A stretch of 64,000 bases of DNA from an uncultured bacterium (GTDB lineage Bacteria; Verrucomicrobiota; Verrucomicrobiia; Verrucomicrobiales; DEV007), in contig CAXBMO010000003.1 in the NCBI GenBank assembly GCA_963977015.1, positions 1 through 64,000 of the forward strand, written 5' to 3'. The translations under genes were made by a program, and so were the position numbers. Positions within the stretch are counted from its first letter, which is position 1; every line of letters starts with the position of its first letter. Below are positions 18,873 through 29,698 of this stretch, piece after piece. The notes below the pieces were generated by a model. It made no database searches and was not told the DNA's origin. It saw only the letters and a list, made by a program, of their open reading frames with translations.

Positions 18873-21074
18873 CTAGTTCAGCAGATACGAGACAAAGTCG
18901 TCAGCCTGAAGGTTTAGGGCATCCTCCGATCCCGCGTAGGCTTTTTGAAGGGTTTTCGAGGTGTCTTGGCGCGGGGTAGACACCCAGAGGCTATTCGGGG
19001 CGCCGAGAGCGAGAAAAGCCGGCAAATCTCCGTATTTTGCGGCGCCCGGAAGAAAATCCGCGTCCCAATCAGAGGTTAACTCCGCAAAGCGAAACCCACC
19101 AGTTTCGACGACGGCTCGATCGATGGAATCTCCGGCGACGGCTCTTGCCGCGGCAACCCAATGACCTGCCCCTTTCAAGCCGATCATCGAAACGTTTTCG
19201 ACCTTCCACTTCGGATGAGTTTGGGCGAAAGCCACGCAGGTTAGAAGGTTGTGAACGCGTTTGGAAAACACCGAATCGTTGTAGCCGTAATAGTAGACGC
19301 TGGAAAGCCGCCAGGTAGAACCGGGTTTTGAAGTGTCTCCAGGATATTGCGTCCGGACGTTCTCGTCAGATTCCCTGTCTTTTAAAAGCAGCTCACCCTG
19401 CATCCAGAGATCTGGAGCAATGATAGAAACGCCGGCATCAAGAAGTTGCTGTGCCTCGGCGCGCAGTTTCCCGTTCGGGTAAAGGTTCGCTTTCCCGTCC
19501 GGAAACGCCCAGATTGCCGTGCGCCCTTTCCAATCCGCTGGATAAAGGAACATCGCCGGGATTACCTCGTCGTGCTTCTGGTTTTTGATGCTGCCGGACA
19601 TGGCAAGATACCCTTCCCGCTCTTCCTTGGCCGCCAACTCGAAGTCGAGATCGTCTGCCAATGGAAGGCTGCGATTGATGAGGATCTCCAACCCGGACCG
19701 CACCAGATCGTTGGCGTCTGGGCGGGACTGAAGCTGCTTCTCCGCATCTGTTGCCCACCATTTCAAGAGACTGGTTTCGTGCTTATCTCCCACCTGATCT
19801 TCGCTTGGACCCGGGTGACCATTGGACCAGACGGTCAGATCTTCCTTGGTGAGTCGTTTGAAATCGCGCTCCAGAACCGGTCTGCTCAACCCCAAACGGA
19901 AATGCTCGTTCACAAAGTTGTACATGTGGGTCCGGGAAACGTGATTGTAGTTGTGCTTGAAGTGCACGTCGTAGTGCGCCTGAAACTTGTTCTTGGCTCC
20001 AAGCATTTCATAAAGACCAAACAATTCCGGGGCGCCTTTGGTTTTCAGCTCCCTCGTCCAATCATCCGCCGCGGTCATGCCCTGCGGCCGGGGGGCGACC
20101 GCAGCTGCAATGTCGATATTTCCCTGCCCAATTCGGAGGTAGTAGGTGTTCTCACAAGTGCATCCCCCCTGCATTGCGGTGGATGGCATCACGCAGGGGA
20201 AGGACGCATCAATCCGCTCATCAATTGCGGCGAGCATCTGGGTTTGCGTTCCTCCGCCGCTCGCGCCGGTAATCATGAGTCGATCCGGATCGACTCCCGG
20301 CAAGCTGGCGAGAAAGTCCAAAGAGCGAACACTGTTCCAGGTTTGGATCCCGAAGTTGGTTTGCAGGTGATTGGCCGCCTGCGGACTCACCAGTCCCCAG
20401 CGCCCGAGTTCTGGACGATTGAGGTGCGGTCTTGGGCCGCGACGGTGTTCGGTGAACTGGATCGAATCGGAGTTCCCGAGCATGTCATAGTGAAAGACAA
20501 AGCAACCCATTCTGGCCAACTGGACACAGCGGGCTTGAATTGGGTTTCGGGCCGCGTTCATGAACCGCTCTGCTCCAATGGCGATTTGATTCTTCGCCGC
20601 AGCCTCCCCGGCGTCATAGAATCGGGCATGTTGCCAATGGCCGTGGGGGCAAAGAATCGCGGGCCGGACCCCGTTCTTCTCCCCGTGCGTGAGTGAAATC
20701 CCGGATGGCCGATAGAGATTGCCTGTCACAAAATGGCCGGGGAATGACTCAAAGAACACTTTCTCAACAATGTAGTCTCCCATGTTCAACTCCCCGTGGA
20801 TGACTGGGTTGAGTGGAGTTTTGGTGGGCATTGGCCAAAGACCGGATCCAACCTGGATGCGAAGCTTGATGTGTTCTCTCCGTGCTTCCCATTGGGATTT
20901 TGAAGCAACCGACCGGAAAGGATGGTAATCATGGAGCGTCAAAGGAGGGGCGAAACGGGCATCCGGGGGCTGCTCGTTTTCGGGAAACACGCGAAGCTCC
21001 TGGGCAGGGGCGGAAATGGCGACAAAGCAGCAGGCACCCAGAATGGGCAGAAAAAGGTGACGACGGGGTTTCAT
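18873..21074 (-). CDS. Exported two-domain alpha/beta-hydrolase (acetylxylan-esterase-like)
   Basis: Signal peptide from ATG 21074; CPHGHW, nucleophile GASGGG, GGCTCE; second hydrolase-like domain with degenerate elbow (IGLKGAG). Confidence 0.8.
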   Translation of the reverse strand: MKPRRHLFLPILGACCFVAISAPAQELRVFPENEQPPDARFAPPLTLHDYHPFRSVASKSQWEARREHIKLRIQVGSGLWPMPTKTPLNPVIHGELNMGDYIVEKVFFESFPGHFVTGNLYRPSGISLTHGEKNGVRPAILCPHGHWQHARFYDAGEAAAKNQIAIGAERFMNAARNPIQARCVQLARMGCFVFHYDMLGNSDSIQFTEHRRGPRPHLNRPELGRWGLVSPQAANHLQTNFGIQTWNSVRSLDFLASLPGVDPDRLMITGASGGGTQTQMLAAIDERIDASFPCVMPSTAMQGGCTCENTYYLRIGQGNIDIAAAVAPRPQGMTAADDWTRELKTKGAPELFGLYEMLGAKNKFQAHYDVHFKHNYNHVSRTHMYNFVNEHFRLGLSRPVLERDFKRLTKEDLTVWSNGHPGPSEDQVGDKHETSLLKWWATDAEKQLQSRPDANDLVRSGLEILINRSLPLADDLDFELAAKEEREGYLAMSGSIKNQKHDEVIPAMFLYPADWKGRTAIWAFPDGKANLYPNGKLRAEAQQLLDAGVSIIAPDLWMQGELLLKDRESDENVRTQYPGDTSKPGSTWRLSSVYYYGYNDSVFSKRVHNLLTCVAFAQTHPKWKVENVSMIGLKGAGHWVAAARAVAGDSIDRAVVETGGFRFAELTSDWDADFLPGAAKYGDLPAFLALGAPNSLWVSTPRQDTSKTLQKAYAGSEDALNLQADDFVSYLLN

Positions 21075-21205
21075 GAAGCCAGCGTAGTCACGCATTCGGC
21101 CCGAAGCCAAGCCTGAATCCGCCTGGGAATCGGCTCTAACGGAAACACAATCGGAATTGCATTTCAAAGGGACTAAGGCTAGCCTCTCGGAAATTTACTC
21201 AGGTT

Positions 21206-21904
21206 ATGAAGCAACTTTCGGCACTCTTTTTCCCCATCACACTTGTAGTTGGTGCAATTGGATTGCACGGGTGCGCAAGTGTAAGCCAGCGGGCCATGGT
21301 TTGGGAGGCTCAATTGGGGCCGGTCCCGGAAACGCCGATCACGGCCGAAGCATTGTATCGCGAGGCGAATGTGGCCATCGATCTGATTCCCAAAGGAATC
21401 TATGGCCGGAACAATCCACGACCACTGCGAGCCCGATACATCACGATCCACAGCACCCAAAACTATTCAGGGGATGCCTATGCTCACGCGAAGGCGTTAA
21501 AGCGAGGAAAGCTGCGCGGAGGGCGGCGCAGTGGGTATTTGTTCTGGCATTACACCGTTCAAGACAATGTTGCGATTCAGCACTTGCCGACGAACGAAGC
21601 GGGCGAACATGCTGATTTGGACGGCCCCGGCAATCGCAATTCCATCGGCATCGAGATGGCGGAGCATCGGGGTAACGACATTGCTCAAACGATTGAGAGA
21701 ACGGCAAAATTGACGGCATGGCTTGCCTATACCCAGGGAATTCCGATCAAACGGGTGGTGCCCCACTACCACTGGCCAAGGGAAGGCTATAAACCGGCGC
21801 ACAAGAACTGTCCGCATTTTCTCCTACAAAATGGTAAACCACGAGGAACCTGGCGTTGGTTTCAGAATCGGGTTCGTGATCACTACGAGCGTATTCAGGG
21901 CTAA
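21206..21904 (+). CDS. N-acetylmuramoyl-L-alanine amidase (Amidase_2), lipoprotein
   Basis: Lipobox LHGC; ITIHST, WHYTV, NSIGIEM, VVPH, KNCP zinc-ligand motifs. Confidence 0.88.
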   Translation: MKQLSALFFPITLVVGAIGLHGCASVSQRAMVWEAQLGPVPETPITAEALYREANVAIDLIPKGIYGRNNPRPLRARYITIHSTQNYSGDAYAHAKALKRGKLRGGRRSGYLFWHYTVQDNVAIQHLPTNEAGEHADLDGPGNRNSIGIEMAEHRGNDIAQTIERTAKLTAWLAYTQGIPIKRVVPHYHWPREGYKPAHKNCPHFLLQNGKPRGTWRWFQNRVRDHYERIQG

Positions 21905-21908
21905 CCGT

Positions 21909-22736
21909 TTAGTCTGAGACTGAAACCAAGCGCGTCGATCTCTGAAACCGCGTGGTGTCGATTCCGAGAAAGGGGAGCATCGCCGCAAACCATTTCTCAG
22001 CCATTTTCTGTTCTCCCTGTGGATTGGGGTGAACCCAGTCATGGCAGTCGTGGCCATCGGTATGAGGATTCTCAACCCAACCCCGAAAATGGTCCACGGT
22101 GATGACCGGAGACTTTGCCAGGGATTTCGAGTGAGCCATGGCGTCGAACACGGGGCGGGATTTGATGGAATTTCCGCCATTGAAGTTGAGATGCCCAATG
22201 AGGATCACCACCTCAGGATTCCTTGCCCTCAGCAATTCAATCATCTCGTCGAGAGGACGACCGAGGTATCGCGCAAAATCGTGGTGATGATCGTAGTCAT
22301 TCGTTCCAAGATGAATCAGGGCGATATCCGGAGGCGGGAGTTCGAGGAGCGAACGACGCAATTTGGTGCGAACCATCGCCATTCCCGCTCCGCCATAAGC
22401 TTCGTGGTCGAGGTCAAAGCCTTCAGGCCAGGCGAAATTGCGATCTGAGCCGGTGGACTGCGAGCCGATGAAATCCACTTCACCTCCAAGGCTGGAAATC
22501 ATTCGATAAAGAGGAAGACGGAAGGTGTTCTCCCTCCGCTGTTTGGATCCGCCCTGAGTGATCGAATCCCCAATACACAGAACCCGCAGTGGATCCTCTT
22601 TTTGGGGGGCTGACATGAGGGAGGTCAGCAGACCAGCCACAAAAAACATCATGAGCACAAGATGCGCCGTCGCGTTGGACGATTTTGAAGTGGTTGAACT
22701 TTGGAACTGCCGTTTCTGATTCCTAGCGTAACTCAT
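21909..22736 (-). CDS. SGNH/GDSL hydrolase
   Basis: IGDSIT, IHLGTND, DWVHPN blocks; start uncertain, overlaps the hrpA stop. Confidence 0.88.
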   Translation of the reverse strand: MSYARNQKRQFQSSTTSKSSNATAHLVLMMFFVAGLLTSLMSAPQKEDPLRVLCIGDSITQGGSKQRRENTFRLPLYRMISSLGGEVDFIGSQSTGSDRNFAWPEGFDLDHEAYGGAGMAMVRTKLRRSLLELPPPDIALIHLGTNDYDHHHDFARYLGRPLDEMIELLRARNPEVVILIGHLNFNGGNSIKSRPVFDAMAHSKSLAKSPVITVDHFRGWVENPHTDGHDCHDWVHPNPQGEQKMAEKWFAAMLPFLGIDTTRFQRSTRLVSVSD

Positions 22737-25700
22737 GCGCAAATTCGGGGGCAAAGTGCTTCAAGCGAAGCCGTGCCTCGCAATCGCGAAGCTCCAAATC
22801 CTGTTCTAAAGGATGTGGGTAGCGACAACAATTTGTGGAATCCTGAGCAGTATGCAAGATATCAAGGTTGTTATAGTCCGAGAAAAACCGCTCCATCTTT
22901 TGGAAATCGCGATCTGGTGGACCGCCAAATAATCGCGTCAACCGGGTTTCGAGTCCGCGAAATTGGACCTCAAGCCGGTGCAAGTTGCCGCGATAGGCCT
23001 CTGCCAGCCAACCTGGCCGCAAGAGAAATCGGTAGTGTTCTCTGGCATCCATCAACGAGTCTTCGTAGCCGGAATCGGTTCGTTGCAATTGGACCGCAAT
23101 GGATTGAGTGAGATCCAGAATTTTGGTTAAAGGAGTGCTCAAACGCTTCGCGACCTCAAAAAAGTCGATGCTGGGAAGTTGTTCAGCCAAGGGGGCGCCA
23201 TCTTGGGGGAGTGGCGATGTTAAAGCCGTCAAAACCACGAGAGTCAGAAAGTCCGCCCGGTTCTGAAGGGGGGCATCACCAACGAGATTCAACTGGTGGA
23301 TCGCTCCAGTAGTAAGGAACTCACTTTTCTCGGATTTCTGCGGAGCAACCATTGGAGTTGTTCCGCCAAAGGCCGCTCCCAGGGAATTGAATCCGTCAGC
23401 TGCCGGCATCGACTTCAGGCTTGGTTTGGATCGATCGCTCGACGGAGTAAAGAGGGTCTTTTCAAGCTGGGTGAGGCGTTCGCGCTCCAGGTTTTTGACA
23501 AGTTCTGCCAGTCCAAAGGGATAGAACCACGTGGCGCAAAATTCTGACGCAAAGATTCGCTCCTCGGGGCCGCCCTTTTTGGGGAAGAGCGTGGTGTATC
23601 CGGTCGTGGATTGATCGAGGGGAACCGGCGTCAACATCGGGCCGAAATCGAGGTTGTGGACAGTCCGCGGTTTTCGCTTCTTCTGAGCCAAGGACGTGAA
23701 TCGTGACTCCAGCTTCTCCGCGAGTTCAGCCCTCAGCTGGGGCAGGTCTCGTCCCGACCGGGCAATCTTGTGATCGTCATCGACAATCACGAAATGCGCT
23801 TTTAGATATTCCGGAACCCGCTCGGTCGCGAAGGCGTCTTCAGCCACCGTCACACCATAGAAAGACTCCAGGTGGGCCAGAATCGCCTCCAGCAGACCAC
23901 ATTCCGGCTCGTAACCCTCCCATTCTGCGAGAAAATCCGACGATACGTCCGCCATTGGTGGAAGCAACTGGCGGATGTTCTTGTCGATCGACCGCAGAAG
24001 AAACTGAACCTTCTCTTCCAGAAAACCCGGGACCAGCCAGTCCCCGAACCAATCCGGCACCACCGCCAAATCCGCGAGCGGAATCGAAATCGAAAGGCCA
24101 TCCGCCGCTGAGGATGGATCATGGAGGTAGGTTACTGTGTATTCGTTGAGCTCGTCCGGAAAAGCGGCTTCGTCTATCCGTTGAAGTTGCGGGATCATGC
24201 AGTCTTCGAGACTCAAATCCAGGGTGCCCTCAGGCTGCTGTGAAGCCCACTTTTCAAACGCCTTCTGCGTGCAGACCTCTTGGGGAAGGCGCTCATGGTA
24301 GGCCTCAAAAATCGCCTGAGGGAAAAGGAGGCCATCGCGCCTTCGAAGCTTGTGCTCGAGGGCCTTCACTCGTTGAATGAGTTCCCGGTTCGTGGCCAAC
24401 GCCGGTAGCGGTGAGCGGGTATTCTCGTTTACCAAAGCCTCCCAAATGAATATCTCCCGTGCCTTGGCGGGATCAATCTTCCCCAAATGAATCCGGCGCT
24501 TTTCTACCATCGGCAGGCCAAACGCGATGACGGCCTCCTCCGCATAAACCGCTCCCTGTTCGGGAACCCAATGCGGTTTGGTATAGCGGTGACGGCAAAC
24601 ATGCGGGGCGACCTTCTCCATCCACGACGGATCAAAGCTGGACGCATTTCGCGCATACAATTTTGCGGTCTCGACCATCTCGAAGGCCATGATCCACGTT
24701 GGCGCCTTCCGAAAAACGCCGGAAGCGGGATGAACTGCAAAACTATGGTCCCGAGCGCCTTTGTAGCCCTGCTTCTTCCCGAGATTCAACCCGATATTGC
24801 TGGGGATCGCCGCAAGAATGGCCCGGTGCAGAGATTCGTGGAAGGATCCGTCCGGGTCGGTCAACGGTTTCCGATCCAGCTTCCAACCGAGTTTCCGGAG
24901 CGTCTCTGATAACTCCCGATGCAGACTGAACCACTCCTGAACTCTCCGGTAATTGAGAAAATGCTTCCCGCAGAAGCGCCGAAGCGTGTTGTTCGATTTG
25001 CGGTTTTCTTGCAGCGCGAACCAGATCTTGAGCCATCCGGTGAAGTCGCTGGTTTGGTCTCGGAACCGTGCGTGAGCCTGATCCGCGGTTTCTCGACAGT
25101 CCTTGGGGCGCTCTCTTGGGTCTTGAACCGTCAGAGCACTCGCCACGATCAGCGCTTCTCGAACGCATTCCTCCCGATCAGCCTCGACCAGGATGCGCCC
25201 GACCCGCGGGTCGAGGGGGAGTCGCGCCAACGTGTGACCGACATCGGTCAGCCCGCGTTTGCGGTGGATCGCGCCAATCTCTTCGAGAACGCGGTACGCC
25301 TCACTGACCCGTTTGGGGTGTGGTGGATCGACAAACGGGAATTTGAGAGGATCTCCCAGATTGAGATGCTCCATCTGCAAAACCACTCCGGCGAGATTCG
25401 AACGCAGGATCTCGGGATCGGTGTAGGGACGCAACTCTTCGAACTCCTCTTCCTCATAGAGCCGCACGCAAACTCCCTCTGAAACTCGCCCGCATCGTCC
25501 CCGGCGCTGTCGAGCGCTGGCCTGTGAAATTCGCTCAATCTGGAGCCGTTGAATCCCCGCAGAAGGGTCATAGCGATTAACCCGGGCCAATCCCGAATCG
25601 ATCACAAACCGGATGTCCGGAATCGTCAGCGAAGTCTCCGCCACGTTGGTCGCCAAAATCAGTCGGCGTTCTCGCGGTGTCGGTTGAAAGATCCGCTGTT

Positions 25701-26520
25701 GATCGCCGCCGGCCTGTCGTCCGTAGAGTGACAAGACCCTGGTGGAGGGATACTGCCGTCCTTCAAGAAGTTCCTCTGCATCCCGGATTTCCCGTTCGCC
25801 AGGCAGAAAGACGAGGGTGTCGCCAAGGGAATCCATCTCCCCGAGCCATTCACAGGCTCTTGCGATCTGGTCTGCGATTCGCTCTCGGGAATGGAGTGGT
25901 GGCTGGAAATGGTCTTCGACCGGAAAGGTTCGGCCCTCGACCTGGATCACCGGCGCCCCGGAAAAGAAGTCGGAGAAGAGTTCTGCGTCGAGTGTGGCCG
26001 AGGATATGATGATTTTCAGGTCCGGCCTGCGCGGCAGGAGCCGCTTCAGATAGCCGAGGATGAAGTCGATATTCAGCGACCGCTCATGGGCTTCATCCAC
26101 GATGATGACCTCATATTGCTTTAGACTTGGATCGCCCCGCGTCTCTGCCAGCAGAATCCCATCCGTCATGAATTTGACGATGGTTTGGGGACTTGTGCTG
26201 TCCTGAAACCGAATCTGAAACCCGACTTCCTGGCCCAATTCGACTTTCAGCTCCTGAGCCACCCGCTTCGCGACCGACGTCGCCGCGATTCGCCGCGGCT
26301 GCGTGCAGCCAATTCGGGCCTTTTCCCCAAGTCCCAGATCGAACGCGATCTTGGGTAATTGAGTGGTTTTGCCGGATCCCGTATCGCCGCAAACCACGAC
26401 GACTTGATGATTCTCAATGGCCTCACGAATGGACGCTCGCTGACGAGAGACGGGGAGTTCTGATGGAAATGCGATGTTCAACGGTTCGCGCAGTATCCAA
26501 CCCCATTCTCGATCATGCAA
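22723..26520 (-). CDS. hrpA: ATP-dependent RNA helicase HrpA
   Basis: GDTGSGKTTQLPK, TQPRRIAA, DEAH, SAT, ATNVAETSLT, QRRGRCGR and long HrpA-type C-terminus; start uncertain. Confidence 0.93.
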   Translation of the reverse strand: MHDREWGWILREPLNIAFPSELPVSRQRASIREAIENHQVVVVCGDTGSGKTTQLPKIAFDLGLGEKARIGCTQPRRIAATSVAKRVAQELKVELGQEVGFQIRFQDSTSPQTIVKFMTDGILLAETRGDPSLKQYEVIIVDEAHERSLNIDFILGYLKRLLPRRPDLKIIISSATLDAELFSDFFSGAPVIQVEGRTFPVEDHFQPPLHSRERIADQIARACEWLGEMDSLGDTLVFLPGEREIRDAEELLEGRQYPSTRVLSLYGRQAGGDQQRIFQPTPRERRLILATNVAETSLTIPDIRFVIDSGLARVNRYDPSAGIQRLQIERISQASARQRRGRCGRVSEGVCVRLYEEEEFEELRPYTDPEILRSNLAGVVLQMEHLNLGDPLKFPFVDPPHPKRVSEAYRVLEEIGAIHRKRGLTDVGHTLARLPLDPRVGRILVEADREECVREALIVASALTVQDPRERPKDCRETADQAHARFRDQTSDFTGWLKIWFALQENRKSNNTLRRFCGKHFLNYRRVQEWFSLHRELSETLRKLGWKLDRKPLTDPDGSFHESLHRAILAAIPSNIGLNLGKKQGYKGARDHSFAVHPASGVFRKAPTWIMAFEMVETAKLYARNASSFDPSWMEKVAPHVCRHRYTKPHWVPEQGAVYAEEAVIAFGLPMVEKRRIHLGKIDPAKAREIFIWEALVNENTRSPLPALATNRELIQRVKALEHKLRRRDGLLFPQAIFEAYHERLPQEVCTQKAFEKWASQQPEGTLDLSLEDCMIPQLQRIDEAAFPDELNEYTVTYLHDPSSAADGLSISIPLADLAVVPDWFGDWLVPGFLEEKVQFLLRSIDKNIRQLLPPMADVSSDFLAEWEGYEPECGLLEAILAHLESFYGVTVAEDAFATERVPEYLKAHFVIVDDDHKIARSGRDLPQLRAELAEKLESRFTSLAQKKRKPRTVHNLDFGPMLTPVPLDQSTTGYTTLFPKKGGPEERIFASEFCATWFYPFGLAELVKNLERERLTQLEKTLFTPSSDRSKPSLKSMPAADGFNSLGAAFGGTTPMVAPQKSEKSEFLTTGAIHQLNLVGDAPLQNRADFLTLVVLTALTSPLPQDGAPLAEQLPSIDFFEVAKRLSTPLTKILDLTQSIAVQLQRTDSGYEDSLMDAREHYRFLLRPGWLAEAYRGNLHRLEVQFRGLETRLTRLFGGPPDRDFQKMERFFSDYNNLDILHTAQDSTNCCRYPHPLEQDLELRDCEARLRLKHFAPEFAHELR

Positions 26521-26710
26521 TCACGGGAACGCTTCAGCGTTGCGGCCTGAAACGAAGAGGGGAGCCCCATTCGGCATCCACAGGAGGCAGGGCAGGGCAG
26601 AACGATGAATACCAGAAACAGGGCTCCCCAAATTGAAAAAGAAACATAATCATCTCTGGTGAGATCCCGTCAATCCTTTACAAAGATTTCGTACGGAAAA
26701 TTAGCTGAGA

Positions 26711-29056
26711 TTACGAATTGTAGTTCGGAAAGCGCGACTTCAGCTGTCCCTCATAGGAATCGGCCTTCTCCGTCTCCTCAAGCATGCGGAGAGCGGTCAC
26801 CAGTTTGCTGAGAGCCTCAGGAACGGTCACCGGATCACTACCCAATTCGGCGACAATGACATAAAAATTGACGGCAGTTTTTGGGTCGTCTTCGGCCATT
26901 GCGATATCACCAAGGAGGATCCGTGCCTCGGCGTTTGCCCGTCCCGTCCGAACCAACTTCAAAACCTCCTCGCCAACCGCCTTGGCCTCCTCGGTTTGGT
27001 TCAGTTTGAGCTGGGCTCCGGCTTTCTTGAGCATCGCCTGCGAACGCTTGACGGGATGTTGTTCATGAATCAGGAAGTGATCGATGGAGCTGATCGCTAC
27101 GTCCCACTTTTCCTGCTCGAGATAGATGGTGAACAGCTTCTCCCAGATGTCTGGCGGCGTCTTTTGCGGGTTCGACGGGTTGCTGGCTCGCTCCAAAAAG
27201 GTCCTCGCGCGCGAGAGTTCACCGCGCTCAAAGAGTTTGCGCCCCAAGTGAGCAAAGACCTGAATCGGAACCTTCAAACCACCGGTTTTCATGGAAAGGA
27301 AGGCTTTGGTCTCCGTTTCCAGTTCATCGAGTTGATCCAAATGATAGTGCGCCAGAAGAATTCGGAGGGTGGCCTTTGGCCCAAATTCCTCAGGCTTGAG
27401 TTTCCGGGCCTGATCAAGGGCGGGAATGGCCAATTTGTAGTCTTTGAGGTCGAATAGGCCGCCTCCGATCCAGTAGTTCGCTTCAGCCTTGATGGCCGTG
27501 TTCGGAAATCGCTTCAGCAACTGGGCATAAGCATCAACCATCGGCCGAATTTGCCGCAGTTGGGCATGAATCAACGCAATCTGCTGCATGGCATACTCAG
27601 TGTTGGGATCACTTGGGAACTTCTTTGTCAGGGCCACGTAGTTGGAGAGTGATTGCTCATAGTTTTCGATCGCCTGAAAAGTCATCGCTCGCTTGACGAG
27701 GGCCGAGGGAACCCGCGGATCTTCGGGCCAGTCGTTGGCAAATTCCCCGAGGATATCGAGACCTTGTGCTTCGCTGCCACTTTCGATGAGTGCCCAGCCC
27801 ATTTTGTAATGCCTCACGGGAACATATTTGGGGTCGATGTTACCGGGGCGGACATTGCGGTAGGTGATCGCCGCATTCTTGTAGTCCTTGTTCTCGTAAA
27901 GCCGCTCAGCCTTGATCAGGAGCGCGAGATCGATAAACGGAGTTTCCGGATCAATGGTGCTCTGGTTCTCGACATATTTATCCACCCAACGTGCAATGTC
28001 GGGATCCCCCGCTTCCAAAAAGCAATGCAACTTGCGAAAACCTGCTTCGCGTCCTTCGGGCAGTTTGCGGAAGGATTGGTCCGATTCGATTTTGCCGTAA
28101 ATCTCAATCGCCTTCGCGAGCTTGCCGAGTTTGCGATACGCGTCCGCAGCAATCAGCATCATTTGAGCGGTCGACTGTGTTTTCTCATTCCCAAGCGGTC
28201 CGGCCCCGTAGTAGACCGAAACCTTCTCGTAGTCCTTCCGATCATTGGCTTGCAGAATCAGGGCCAACTGAGCCTGCGCTTTGAAATCCGGATTGCTGGA
28301 AGGGCTTTTCAGGGTGTTGAGGAGAAAGGCTTCGGCTTTCTGAGGATTATCGGAATCCAAGCCCAGGATGCCGGCCTTAAAGGTGGCTTCATCGCGAATT
28401 GAGGGATCTTTGGCGCTCGAAGCCAGATTGGCGAAATGCTGCGTCGCTTCAGCCTTTTTACCAGCGGCAAGCTGAAGCTTCGCCAGCTCCAGTTCCGCAC
28501 GCTCCCGGTAATCATTTGGAACTTTGGATGCGAGAACCGCCTGGTAAGTCTTGATTGCTTCGGTATCGCTTTTTGCCAACTGGAGCGCTTGGGCGTAAAA
28601 AAACAGGGACTCGAGATTAATTTTCGGATCCTTCAGTTTGTTGGTCGCGATCCGAAAATAAGGAAGCGAGGCGTCGAACTTGTTCTCATTGAACGTGTAA
28701 ACCGCCATCGCATAAGCGGCAAAGCCCGCGAAAGGGCCGTTCGGATCGATCGCAAGCACCTGCTTGAACGCCTTCTTGGCTTCCTCAATGTTTTTGAGAC
28801 GGCGCTGGCAGTCGGCCAGCCGATACCAGGCGGTCGGCGCATTGACGCTCTTGGGGTGTTCGGCCAGGAACCGCATGTATTTGGGAGCGGCCTCCTCAAA
28901 ATTCTGATTCCCGTAGAGCAGATTTGCAAACTTGAACAACTCTTCCTGAGCCTGAATGGGCACGGCCCGGATTTGGTCCTGGCTGTGAGAAAGAGAGGGC
29001 ATCCCAAGCAATAATAGGCCAGAGAGCAGGAGGAGAGGGAAAAACGAGACCTTCAT
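26711..29056 (-). CDS. Exported tetratricopeptide-repeat protein
   Basis: Signal peptide and many TPR-like helical repeats of BamD/CpoB type (e.g. LLKRFPNTAIKAEANYWIG). Confidence 0.85.
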   Translation of the reverse strand: MKVSFFPLLLLSGLLLLGMPSLSHSQDQIRAVPIQAQEELFKFANLLYGNQNFEEAAPKYMRFLAEHPKSVNAPTAWYRLADCQRRLKNIEEAKKAFKQVLAIDPNGPFAGFAAYAMAVYTFNENKFDASLPYFRIATNKLKDPKINLESLFFYAQALQLAKSDTEAIKTYQAVLASKVPNDYRERAELELAKLQLAAGKKAEATQHFANLASSAKDPSIRDEATFKAGILGLDSDNPQKAEAFLLNTLKSPSSNPDFKAQAQLALILQANDRKDYEKVSVYYGAGPLGNEKTQSTAQMMLIAADAYRKLGKLAKAIEIYGKIESDQSFRKLPEGREAGFRKLHCFLEAGDPDIARWVDKYVENQSTIDPETPFIDLALLIKAERLYENKDYKNAAITYRNVRPGNIDPKYVPVRHYKMGWALIESGSEAQGLDILGEFANDWPEDPRVPSALVKRAMTFQAIENYEQSLSNYVALTKKFPSDPNTEYAMQQIALIHAQLRQIRPMVDAYAQLLKRFPNTAIKAEANYWIGGGLFDLKDYKLAIPALDQARKLKPEEFGPKATLRILLAHYHLDQLDELETETKAFLSMKTGGLKVPIQVFAHLGRKLFERGELSRARTFLERASNPSNPQKTPPDIWEKLFTIYLEQEKWDVAISSIDHFLIHEQHPVKRSQAMLKKAGAQLKLNQTEEAKAVGEEVLKLVRTGRANAEARILLGDIAMAEDDPKTAVNFYVIVAELGSDPVTVPEALSKLVTALRMLEETEKADSYEGQLKSRFPNYNS

Positions 29057-29266
29057 CAGGTAGGAAATTACGCGGGCGTGGCGGTTTGGGGACTATTGCA
29101 TGCTTCTACGGGGAAGATCATCTCAAAAATCGGAGAACTATCGGGATGAGACATTTCGGGAGTGGGAGAAACCGGTGCAGGTTTGTCGCGTCTGCCGTTC
29201 TTGAAATTCAAAGTGAACTCAGGACGTTGAGACCTCGCGAAAGGGATGCCGAATCCGGTTGGTGAT

Positions 29267-29680
29267 CTACTCCGGTTTTTCGGCCGCAAAGGCGACGTTC
29301 CAGATTCCCGCTTCCTGGCAGGTATCCAGAACCACCATGACCGCGGCAAAATTCGCGTCGCGGTCACCTCGAAGGATGACGGGTTGATCCTTAAAAAGCT
29401 CCGCGACTCGCGTCAGCTTTTCGAGAAGTTCCGATTGATCGAGGATCTGGCTGTTGATCTTGATATCCCCGTCCTTGGTGACGTTGATAATGATTTCACC
29501 AGGAGTCCGGGGAGTCTGTTCCGCCGTTTTGGCTTCAGGAACCGAGATGTTCACTTCGGCTTCAAAACGGGCGAAGTTCCACGACACGATGAAGAAGATT
29601 AGAAGGAGAAACACCACGTCGATCATCGGCGCGAGTTGCATCTCGGCCTGTTTCGGGGTGCTGTGCTCGCGAAACTTCAT
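29267..29680 (-). CDS. exbD: ExbD/TolR-family protein
   Basis: LAPMIDVVFLLLIFFIV TM motif, VILRGDRDA...VLD. Confidence 0.92.
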   Translation of the reverse strand: MKFREHSTPKQAEMQLAPMIDVVFLLLIFFIVSWNFARFEAEVNISVPEAKTAEQTPRTPGEIIINVTKDGDIKINSQILDQSELLEKLTRVAELFKDQPVILRGDRDANFAAVMVVLDTCQEAGIWNVAFAAEKPE

Positions 29681-29698
29681 AGTTTTAGGAATTCAAAA

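Noticed and set aside
19446-20696. 416-aa plus-strand ORF
   Set aside because: Antisense shadow of the hydrolase gene with no motifs; expected from codon bias in GC-rich DNA.
29057-29266. 210-nt gap between exbD and the TPR gene as a small gene or N-terminal extension
   Set aside because: In-frame TAG at 29095-29093 closes the TPR frame; the 99-aa overlapping ORF has no convincing features.
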